A stretch of DNA of 43,598 nt from Nanobdellota archaeon (GTDB taxonomy: Archaea; Nanobdellota; Nanobdellia; SCGC-AAA011-G17; JACPNG01): contig JBBSWJ010000021.1 in the NCBI GenBank assembly GCA_038046345.1, positions 1 to 43,598 of the forward strand, in the 5' to 3' direction. The notes beneath the pieces were generated by a model. The model was not told where the DNA came from and did not search any database. It saw only the letters and a list, made by a program, of their open reading frames with translations. Position 1 is the first letter of the stretch. The number at the start of each line of letters is the position of its first letter. This document shows, piece by piece, positions 9,593 through 18,000 of the stretch. The translations under genes and the position numbers were made by a program.

Positions 9593-10462
9593 TTATTGAT
9601 AAAGTGCGTTTACAGCGCGAAGCATTCCTTCTCGATTCAGATCAGGGTTATTCACTACGGCAACTATTTGATCACGTGTAGGTCGTATATCGCGTACCAC
9701 AAGGAAACACCCCTCAGGGAGGATGTAGTCGTAGCCGTCGAGGCCATAATAATCGTCGCTCACGAACGACAAGCGCCCCTTTGCGATTAAACCAAACGGT
9801 GCGTTATGGATTCGATGGTAACTTCCAACAGATGTCCATCCTTCTCCACCATCTTCTTTCTCTCCGAAAAACATTTTTGCAAGCGCTTCGCGGTATTCTG
9901 GTGAGCCAGTAATCATAAGGACTCGGTCGTCTTTCATGAATTGGTCATAGGATAATTGAGTAGACTCATTGATGCCTGGGCGGTCTGTATCTAAGAGAGT
10001 GAAAATAGTGTAAGGTGTTCCTGCTTTTGGAACGTCTCCGTTACGCGCTTCTTCGAGGTGTACTCGTTGGACGGATGTTCCTTGGTAGGCGCCTTTTCCA
10101 ATTGCGTTCCATTCTTCATGAGATATTAACATAAATCCGTAATCATCTTGTTTAGGGAATGCTCTTGCAAGTCCTTCGCTTGTTGCTAAACTTCCTGTTG
10201 AGTGCCATGTTTCGTATGAACGTTGTCCGTTTCGTTGTCCGTGGTATTCTCCGGTAATGGTGTCAAGCAAGTTTGGACGTATTGCGGCACGAATTTTTGG
10301 GTTTTGTGTAAGAGCAGTAATTCCTAAAGGCATGTCTGCAACACGCAAACTGTGATCTGTGGAGAGTGTTTCTGCTTCTGTTCGTGCTTTAACGTAAGAT
10401 GAAGAATTGTGTGCTACTGCTGCATCAAGAATTGATATGTCTCGATAAATAAGTTGTGCCAT
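9593..10462 (-). CDS. Probable DGR target (variable) protein with C-terminal CLec-type variable region
   Basis: Ends GRLSFVSDDYYGLDGYDYILPEGCFLVVR followed by PTRDQIVA...ALYQ. Codons in this segment are mostly NNC/NNT, as expected from AAY templates. Visibly more GC-rich than its flanks and divergent from an RT fragment. Confidence 0.7.
   Translation of the reverse strand: MAQLIYRDISILDAAVAHNSSSYVKARTEAETLSTDHSLRVADMPLGITALTQNPKIRAAIRPNLLDTITGEYHGQRNGQRSYETWHSTGSLATSEGLARAFPKQDDYGFMLISHEEWNAIGKGAYQGTSVQRVHLEEARNGDVPKAGTPYTIFTLLDTDRPGINESTQLSYDQFMKDDRVLMITGSPEYREALAKMFFGEKEDGGEGWTSVGSYHRIHNAPFGLIAKGRLSFVSDDYYGLDGYDYILPEGCFLVVRDIRPTRDQIVAVVNNPDLNREGMLRAVNALYQ
9694..9779 (-). other. Putative DGR variable region (VR); approximate limits
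   Basis: AGC GAC GAT TAT TAT GGC CTC GAC GGC TAC GAC TAC ATC CTC CCT fits adenine-specific mutagenesis of a GNNNNGLNGNNNLNN-type template. Confidence 0.6.
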
Positions 10463-10550
10463 GAAAGGAGTGGTGCAGAAGAGATATTTAAACCTTAGTA
10501 CTTATAACTAATAAATACAGTATTATATTGTACATTACAAGCAATCTTCT

Positions 10551-10892
10551 ATGAATACGGATATTCCAGTAGAGGATGTGTATGAGCAACTATGTTCATT
10601 AAAGAATTTAGAAGCAGCGTTTGAGAAAGCACGACGGGGAAAAACACTCAAACCGTATGTTATTGAGTTCGAAAAACATCTGAAAGAAAACCTTCTTCAG
10701 TTGCGTAGCGAATTATTGATGCAAACGTATCATCCACAACCATTGAAAGTTTTCATTCTTCATGATCCAAAGACCAGAAAGATTAGCAAATCAGAATTTC
10801 GAGACTTTGTTCATGATCAAACAAAGATCTGTGTATTACCAGAAGAAGAAAAGCGACGATTTATGTCTTGGGAAGAGTTCAATAAATTTTAA
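10551..10892 (+). pseudogene. Truncated reverse transcriptase (DGR-type N-terminus only) with unrelated 28-aa tail
   Basis: YEQLCSLKNLEAAFEKARRGK..PYVIEFEKHLKENLLQLRSEL...TYHPQPLKVFILHDPKTRKISKSEFRD is the N-terminus of DPANN-type DGR RTs. Similarity stops at about 10805, before RDRVVHH; no YxDD motif. Confidence 0.85.
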
Positions 10893-10982
10893 ATACAAGG
10901 GCGCTTATATTAAAGCATAAACTACCACATGGAGGAATGTAGTAAGGACACAGTATATATAGCGCAGAAGTGAGGGTTAAAA

Positions 10983-11104
10983 CGCCGAGAGCAGGATTTG
11001 AACCTGCATATCCGTAAGGAAACGGGATCTTCGCAAGATTAACCCATAGCAATCATACGCTCATTAAAAATGATCCGCGCAATACCAGGTTATGCGATCT
11101 CGGC
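10983..11104 (-). tRNA. tRNA-Ser(GCT) with two BHB introns (29/30, 20 nt, 11055..11074; 37/38, 18 nt, 11029..11046)
   Basis: GCCGAGA/TCTCGGC acceptor with G discriminator, GCAGG-TTCAAAT-CCTGC T arm, long variable arm. Removing both introns gives CGGGA-TT-GCT-AA-TCCCG and an 84-nt mature tRNA. CCA is not encoded. Confidence 0.9.
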
Positions 11105-11335
11105 ATAACAAAGATACTTCAATAATCCTTTTTAAGTATTTCTGATAATATTGTGTTGGAAGCCTTAGCAAACTTTCTTTGTATCACTACTAATTTACCA
11201 ATCTTTTAAATAAAATGAACACCACCAATCATAAATATTAATTTTGTTCTAATTTTATACGCTTTATTTAATGGTAGAACCATCAAAGGTAGCAAACCGT
11301 AAGCTTTATAAAAAGTTACAATTAGTAGAGCCAAA

Positions 11336-12010
11336 ATGAGGCGATATCAAACCATTAAAAAAAACATTGGAAACATAGTTGCAATAGCATTAGCAAGTGT
11401 ACTAGCATCAAGTCCAGCAAAAGCAGGGATAACACAAATTGATAAACCTAATCAATACACACCCGGATACACAACCTTTGACGCACAAGGTGGAACAAAT
11501 GTTTCAAAAAATCCAATACCAATAGATCTTTTTGGCAGAGTAAGCGCCACTGTTGATTATGAATTAGGCAATATTTGGCATTCAGCTCTTGGTGGTATCT
11601 CAATTCCGTTGAGAAACAGCGGAGTTTCGCTTATAGGACAAGGTCAAACAGTTACAGGAACAGACCCAGTAATAAAGTTCGGGATTAAATACGAAAAATC
11701 TGGACCTTTAGGTTATTTATACCTCTCACCAACAATCTGCGCAGTGGGCGATAAGTCATTTAACTTGTCATTTAATGCCGTCCGCAATTTTCCTTTAACA
11801 AAAGAAATTAGTCTCAGCACAATGCTAGAATCCGGAGGCGCTTTAAGCTTAGAAGATGGAATGTTTACTGGGGCATACCAACTGATTCGCATTGGCTATA
11901 GTTTTGGAGACTTATTTATGGAAGCAAAAGCAACAATTTCTGAATCACTAACAGATAGGGGTTTAGAAACAGATACCCGCTATGATTGGTTATTAAATCT
12001 GAAATTCTGA
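11336..12010 (+). CDS. Secreted hypothetical protein with beta-barrel-like amphipathic strands and terminal Phe
   Basis: Signal peptide (..ASSPAKA|G), about 11-12 alternating-pattern strands, ends YDWLLNLKF. Confidence 0.6.
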   Translation: MRRYQTIKKNIGNIVAIALASVLASSPAKAGITQIDKPNQYTPGYTTFDAQGGTNVSKNPIPIDLFGRVSATVDYELGNIWHSALGGISIPLRNSGVSLIGQGQTVTGTDPVIKFGIKYEKSGPLGYLYLSPTICAVGDKSFNLSFNAVRNFPLTKEISLSTMLESGGALSLEDGMFTGAYQLIRIGYSFGDLFMEAKATISESLTDRGLETDTRYDWLLNLKF

Positions 12011-12091
12011 CAACACTTCTTAAATAATTATTACCTGCCTAACAACGATAAGCGATAGTTTTAAAAGTAATCTTCTGAGCATTTATAGCAT

Positions 12092-12251
12092 AGCAGGGTA
12101 GGACAGCTAGGAGTGTCCGTCACTAATTAAAAATTAGCGGAATGGGCTCATAGGCTGGATAAATGTTTAACATATCCGGGCTGAGACACCCGAAAATCTA
12201 GTATTGTATACTGGGTCGGTTGGGTCGAAGGTTCAAATCCTTCCCCTGCTA
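12092..12251 (+). tRNA. Initiator tRNA-Met(CAT) with three introns (28/29, 12122..12143; 37/38, 12153..12187; about 44/45, about 12195..12222)
   Basis: A1-U72 acceptor AGCAGGG/CCCTGCT, three G-C pairs in the anticodon stem, CT-CAT-AA loop after splicing, GAAGG-TTCAAAT-CCTTC T arm. Removing 22+35+28 nt leaves 75 nt. Confidence 0.9.
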
Positions 12252-12276
12252 GTTTCTTTTGTTATAACCGAACTAT

Positions 12277-12855
12277 TCAAAACCAACCAATAACCAATAA
12301 TACAAAGCTTACAACAATCAGTAAACCCCATATTTTTTTATCCCACTCATAAACTTTTTTCCCGTCAAATATTGCAAACGGTAACAAATTAAACACTGCG
12401 AGCATGGCATTTACTACAAACCCATAATAAAATAGATCATGCAACACACCTTCTCCTTTTACCAAAATAAAACCAGGCAAAAACAAAAGTGATAGCAAAA
12501 TATTGGTACATGGCCCTGCTGCGCTTATTATACCGCTTTGTCTTTTCTTAATATGCCCATTTATCATAACAGCACCAGGAGCTGCAAATATAAAACCAAA
12601 GAATGACATTATAATCGCTAAGATCAGCATAAAATCAAAACTTCTAAATTCTGCCCAGCAATGATATTTTTGAGCGAAATACTTATGTGCTAATTCATGC
12701 AAAATAAATGCAACACCCACTGTTATCGCAGCAATTATAACATTCTGGAAGAATTGCACATCTGTTATGTTGTCGCTAAGCACTATCCCAAAAGCTATGC
12801 TTATTGCTATCCATCCTTTGAATAAATCTTTTTTTTCCCTGTCCGAAAACTTCAT
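12277..12855 (-). CDS. M50-family (site-2-like) intramembrane metalloprotease
   Basis: HELAH, FAAPGAV, ISAAGP, FNLLPFAIFDG motifs. Confidence 0.9.
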   Translation of the reverse strand: MKFSDREKKDLFKGWIAISIAFGIVLSDNITDVQFFQNVIIAAITVGVAFILHELAHKYFAQKYHCWAEFRSFDFMLILAIIMSFFGFIFAAPGAVMINGHIKKRQSGIISAAGPCTNILLSLLFLPGFILVKGEGVLHDLFYYGFVVNAMLAVFNLLPFAIFDGKKVYEWDKKIWGLLIVVSFVLLVIGWF

Positions 12856-12937
12856 GAAAATAATGTGGGCATACTGTTTTTAATATTTACCTAATGCATC
12901 AAGTAACACTTATAAACCATAACTGTTATTCTGCCAT

Positions 12938-13594
12938 ATGGTATTTGACAAGCTTATCAGATGGCTGATTTATATCACGATATTCTGTATGATTCTATTC
13001 TTCTTCTGGATGCTTTTGTTTAAACAAGATTATTTATTCGCTGTTGTAGCACTATTATTAATCATTGTAGCTTGCATTCCTTTAATTCTTAACCTTAAGT
13101 TTAAAGAAAAAGTTCCTTTAGAATTACATGGACTTTGGATGTTAATGATTAGTTTTCATTTCTTTGCTGCAATGCTTGATCTTTATTCGAATCCAAAATC
13201 TTTTTTCACTGATGATTTTAATCATTTGTTCGGTGGCGTGGTGCTTACTACTATCGGATTCTTCATGCTTCTAGCACTAGATAATTATAAAGAACACAAA
13301 TTATCCATCCCGCTTATTGGAATTTTTGCCTTTACTTTTGCTGTAACACTCGGGGTTATATGGGAAGTTATTGAATTCTCATTAGACAATGTTTTCAGAC
13401 TTGAAACACAAGCTGGATTTATGTTTCATAATGGCGACTTAATTTGGTCATTTAGCAGAGATACAATGATAGACTTAATTGAAGATTCTTCTTCAGCTGC
13501 TATAACCAGCTTTTTGCTTGTACACTTTTCAAGGAAAGTTCCAAAAGAAAAACTTGAACATTATGCTGGTCCTCTAAGACAATATCTGGCATAG
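12938..13594 (+). CDS. Multi-pass membrane protein, DUF2238/YjdF-like
   Basis: DDFNHLFGG, WEVIEF and DTMIDL motifs in TM context. Confidence 0.65.
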   Translation: MVFDKLIRWLIYITIFCMILFFFWMLLFKQDYLFAVVALLLIIVACIPLILNLKFKEKVPLELHGLWMLMISFHFFAAMLDLYSNPKSFFTDDFNHLFGGVVLTTIGFFMLLALDNYKEHKLSIPLIGIFAFTFAVTLGVIWEVIEFSLDNVFRLETQAGFMFHNGDLIWSFSRDTMIDLIEDSSSAAITSFLLVHFSRKVPKEKLEHYAGPLRQYLA

Positions 13595-13624
13595 TTTTAT
13601 ATAGACTTACTCTAAATGAGGATT

Positions 13625-14305
13625 ATGGGATTGATCTGTGGTATTGATGATAGCGGAAGTGAATAAGCAGGAAACTATTATTCTCCGAAAGGTCCTGTCA
13701 TCGGTCCTATGGTGCTAGCTGGTGTTGTATTTGAAGAATCAGAATTAAAATATTTAGAAACTACTGATATCAAAGACTCTAAGTTATTATCCAAGAAAAA
13801 ACGCGAAGAATTGTTTAAGTTCATAACAAAAAACTGTAAACGATATGACATACAAATTGTCTCGCCTAAAGCAATTGATGACAAGGAAAAAAATGGACTT
13901 AACTTAAATGACCTTGAAGCAATGAAATGCGCTGAGATTATTAATGTCCTTAGCCCAGACAAAGCTATTATTGATTGCCCATCTAACAATATCAAGGCTT
14001 GGAGCAATACAGTTAAAAAATATCTAACAAATAAATGCGAGATAATTGCTGAACATAAAGCAGACTTAAACCATAAAATCTGCGGAGCGGCATCTATTCT
14101 TGCAAAATGTACTCGTGATAACGAAATAGCAAAAATACAATCTAAGATTAAAACACCGATAGGTTCCGGATACCCATCTGATCCCGTTACAAAAAAATTC
14201 ATTCAAGAAAATCATGATAAATACCAAGATATATTTCGCAAATCTTGGGCTACGTACAAGAAAATAGCCGATCAAAAAAATCAGGGTTTATTGGAAGATT
14301 ATTAA
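13625..14305 (+). CDS. rnhB: Ribonuclease HII, two exons (13625..13659 and 13690..14305), 216 aa after splicing
   Basis: Exon 1 gives MGLICGIDDSG(AG). Joined to exon 2 (A)GGTCCT it gives DDSGRGPVIGPMVLAG. Rest of the protein has KDSKLL, LNDLE, EHKAD, AASILAK, GSGYPSDP. The ORF track (13709..14305) misses the catalytic N-terminus. Confidence 0.92.
13660..13689 (+). other. Archaeal-type (BHB/BHL) intron in a protein-coding gene
   Basis: Central helix CGGA(13654-57)/TCCG(13684-87), 5' bulge AG^T, 3' cut AA^A, intron stem GAATAA/TTATTC, in-frame TAA at 13664-66, exon-exon helix GATGATAG/CTGTCATC. Confidence 0.85.
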
Positions 14306-14357
14306 ACATATATCTCAGCATATAAACAAATAAAAAGTAAGCTAATTCTTAATTTAT

Positions 14358-14978
14358 ATGAATGTAAAATATATAGAGATTGACGGGATAGATTTTTGCG
14401 GAAAAACAACACAAGTTGAACTTGCATACCAATTTATGAGACATAATCTTGGGCTTAAAGTATGGAAAACACAACAACCTACAAAATTTTCATTAGCTAG
14501 CCAACAAATTGACGAAATATTAAGCACTAGTAAGAACCCACGTGAACATGCAAAAGAACTTACTGATCTATTTATAGCAGATAGAATTTCTAGTCTACGC
14601 CAAACCGGATTATATCTAGCAGACGGAGTGTCAGTTGTTTGCTCAAGAGGACGACTATCAACATATGCATACCAAACAGCTCAAGGTATTGAGTTTGATT
14701 ATATTCGTGGACTGCATGATAACCTGCTTGAACCAAATCTTACTATAATTCTTGATTTACCCGTTAATGCTGCTTTAGCTAGAAAAGCTGCCGCAAAAAG
14801 AACAAGAGTAGATGTTTTTGAAAAAGATAAGAAATTTCTTGCGCAAGTTAAAACAAATTATGATAACCTTAGGAAAATGCTAAACGATGATACAATTATT
14901 ACCATCAATGGACATAGATCTATCGAACTAATTAGACGCGATATCCAAGCTAAGCTAGAAAAACTTTTTGGACATTAA
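14358..14978 (+). CDS. tmk: Thymidylate (dTMP) kinase
   Basis: IEIDGIDFCGKTTQ, LFIADR, STYAYQ, PNLTIILDLP motifs. Confidence 0.88.
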   Translation: MNVKYIEIDGIDFCGKTTQVELAYQFMRHNLGLKVWKTQQPTKFSLASQQIDEILSTSKNPREHAKELTDLFIADRISSLRQTGLYLADGVSVVCSRGRLSTYAYQTAQGIEFDYIRGLHDNLLEPNLTIILDLPVNAALARKAAAKRTRVDVFEKDKKFLAQVKTNYDNLRKMLNDDTIITINGHRSIELIRRDIQAKLEKLFGH

Positions 14979-15017
14979 TCACAATGTTTAAAAATACTTA
15001 TAAATTATTTTAAGTGA

Positions 15018-18000
15018 ATGGCTACAATAAAAGCATTACGCCTTAGAGGGTTTAAATCCTTTCCAAAACAAGTAGAAATACCGTTTGGAGATGGATATAA
15101 TATAGTTATTGGGCCGAACGGTTCTGGCAAAAGCTGTAGTTATAATACCATAATTACTTTATCTGATGGGCAAGAAATAAAAATTGGGGACCTTGTTGAA
15201 GAAAAATTAAAAACTGGTTGGCTCCACAGAGAATTAGATGATGGTGTTCATTGTCGTAGTAAACAGCCTGTAGAAGTATTGTCTCTTAATCCTTGGTCAA
15301 TGAAAGAAGAGGGGATGTATGTTTCTCAGTTTATTAAACGTGAAGGTGAACCTTACCTTTTTGAGATTACAACCAACACAGGCAAAAAAGTAAGAACAAC
15401 TGGCTGCCATCCAGTTATTGTTTTCAAAGATGGACAAGTCACAAGTTCTTTAGTAAAAAATTTAAAAGAAGGGAGTTTAATTGCATCTCCGAGAGTAATC
15501 CACACAAATGGTTTAGAAAATGAAAAAAATTTTGCTCGCTTATTCGGATATTTAGTAGGAGACGGATATCTTAGAACTGATAGCATACAATTTGGGAACA
15601 ATACCAAAGAAATTATTGATGATGTTAAAGACTTAATGAAGAAGTTATTTAATGCAACACCATATGAAAGCAATGGAAAGAATAATTATACCAAGCTTAT
15701 TTATCGGCAAAAAAATGTTAGAAAGAACGTCCTTGATTTAATAAGAAACAACGAAGAAAAATATACAACAGAACATAAATACATACCTAATCATTTCTTA
15801 AACAAAGACATTGAGACCATAACACACTTACTTGCAGGTTTATTTGATACTGATGGCCATATAAACAAGAAAAACCCGATAATTGAATTCACAACAAAAA
15901 ATGAGAGATTAGCAAACCAAATCCAACAATTATTGCTCCGCATTGGGATTATAGCCCGTAAAAAGAAACGGATGTGTTCTGCTACAAATACCGTTAATAA
16001 AATAAAAAGACCATATTATTATCTTTATATTGAGTCTCAAGAAAATTTATGTAGGTTTTATATCAATATTCCATTACGTTGTAAGTATAAGAAAGAGCGC
16101 CTAGAAAAACATATTAAAAATAAGATAGTGTCTAATATGAATATTGATGTTTTACCAAGAGAAACTAATTTATTGATTAGGAAAGCAGTTGAGCTTCTTG
16201 GTATTAATGTTAAGTCATTTAAAAAAAAAATCCCTAGACTTGCAGCATACATGGAGAATCGTTGTAGCCCTACACGAGAAGGTCTTAAAATTGTACTGCT
16301 AATTTTAACCGATAAGCTTTTACAGATCAAAGAGGCCGGATTAGAATTACACCGAGACCAGTTTAATCTTGTTCAAACTATGGATCAATTAAACATTTCA
16401 GGTGCTTCAGCAAGTAAAGCTATTAATTTAAACAAGCAAATTATTCGTGATTGTTGGGCTACCGGCAAGTTCACACCAACATCAAGAAATCTTAATAATT
16501 TTTTTAATTTTATTAGTTCTGCTATAGAATCTAGGCTAATAGAATTACAAGTTATTATGAACACTTTACATCATCTAGCTCATTCAGATATTTTCTGGGA
16601 TAGAATTACTTCAATTAATAATGTTCCTGGAGAAAAATATGTATATGATCTTACCATACCAAAGAACCATAATTTCATAGGGGACGGCATCTTCGTTCAT
16701 AATTCCAACATCATGGATGCTTTCACATTTGTATTAGGCAAGACGTCTGCTAAGGCTATGCGCGCTGAAAAATCTGCAAGTCTTATATTTCATGGTGGAA
16801 AAAAAGGAAGCCCTGCAAAGGACGCGCAAGTAGACATTATTTTTGATAACACTAGCAAAAGCTTTCCATTGAAAGAAAAAGAAATAAGAATATCCCGCCT
16901 TGTTAAAGGCACAGGACAGTCTACTTACAAAATTAATGAAGATACAGTTACTAAACAACAAGTTCTTGAATTATTAAGCTCTGCTAAGATCGATCCCGAC
17001 GGGCATAACATCATCCTACAGGGGGATATTGTTAGATTCATGGAGATGCGCCCCAACGACAGGCGTGAACTAATTGAAGAAATTGCTGGGATTTCTGTTT
17101 ACGAAGACAAGAAAGATAAAGCTATGAACGAACTAACAAAAGTTGACACAAAGTTGAACGAAGCTAAGATCATTTTGACTGAGAGAGATGTTTATATGAA
17201 AGAATTAAAAAAAGAATGTGATCAAGCAAGAAAATACAGGGAGTTGGAAAGTAACATCAAGAGCAATAAGGCTACTTACATAAATATTCAGATCAAAGCT
17301 AGAACTGAAAAAAAAGAAGAGTTTGATAAAAAGATTAATGATTACAATGAACGTATTAAAAAAATTAATACTAATATATCCGAACTAAAAAATAAACTCT
17401 CTGAAAAAAGAAGCGAGCTCGATCAGGTTAATGCCACTGTAGAAGCAAGAGGCGAGATCGAACAGAAAAAACTACACCACGATATTGAAGAACTAAAAAC
17501 TAATTTTGCAGTCAAAGAATCACGTTTAAATGTTTGTAATTCAGAAATAACTAAAATCAATTCCCGCAAAAAACAATTATTACAAAGTTTAGACTCAATT
17601 AAGTCAAAGATTTCTTCTTTAAAGAATCAAAAAGAAACAATTCTAAACGAAGAGGCTAAACTAAAAGAAGAAGGAAAATATTTAGAAGCAAATATCAAAA
17701 GCTTCCGCGAAAAACACAATCTTGGTGATGAAATCAACAGTCTGGACCTAATTGATAATAAAATTGACAATTTACAAACAGGGATAACAAAGCTGCAAGA
17801 AAACCGGCAAGATATAACCAGAAAGATCGATACATTAAATTTTCAGCTCTCTAAAACAAATGAGTCACATAATAAGAACGATATTGAAAACATTAAAAAT
17901 CTTAAGATTAAATTTAAAGATATTACATCAAACTTATCAAAAAGTTTAAATGAAAATTCTTCCCTGACTATACAATTATCAAACTCAAGAAGAAAACTAT

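Noticed and set aside
9450-9595. Possible degraded ORF (PEEHYPSQQAEELLNLDTPLTF.../QKFVDEVTGTRKKVREDINKVYY) with a repeated TGAAGAGC
   Set aside because: No start, requires a frameshift, and no recognisable family.
9150-9600. attL/attR duplication of the tRNA-Ser 3' end
   Set aside because: No second copy of CGCCGAGAGCAGGATTTGAACC was seen.
11029-11040. Reading the minus-strand tRNA as tRNA-Arg(GCG) from GGATC-TTGCGAA-GATCC
   Set aside because: The long variable arm, the acceptor stem with G discriminator and two clean BHB motifs give Ser(GCT). The GCG lies inside intron 2.
13660-13689. rnhB interruption as a sequencing frameshift or stop-codon readthrough
   Set aside because: The insert is exactly 30 nt with a splice-competent fold. 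The stop is TAA, so not Sec or Pyl, and readthrough would put 10 extra residues into the active-site motif.
13709-14305. RNase HII starting at the ORF-track Met (MVLAG...)
   Set aside because: It would lack the catalytic DD..GRGP N-terminus, which is encoded upstream from 13625 with a GAGG RBS-like site.
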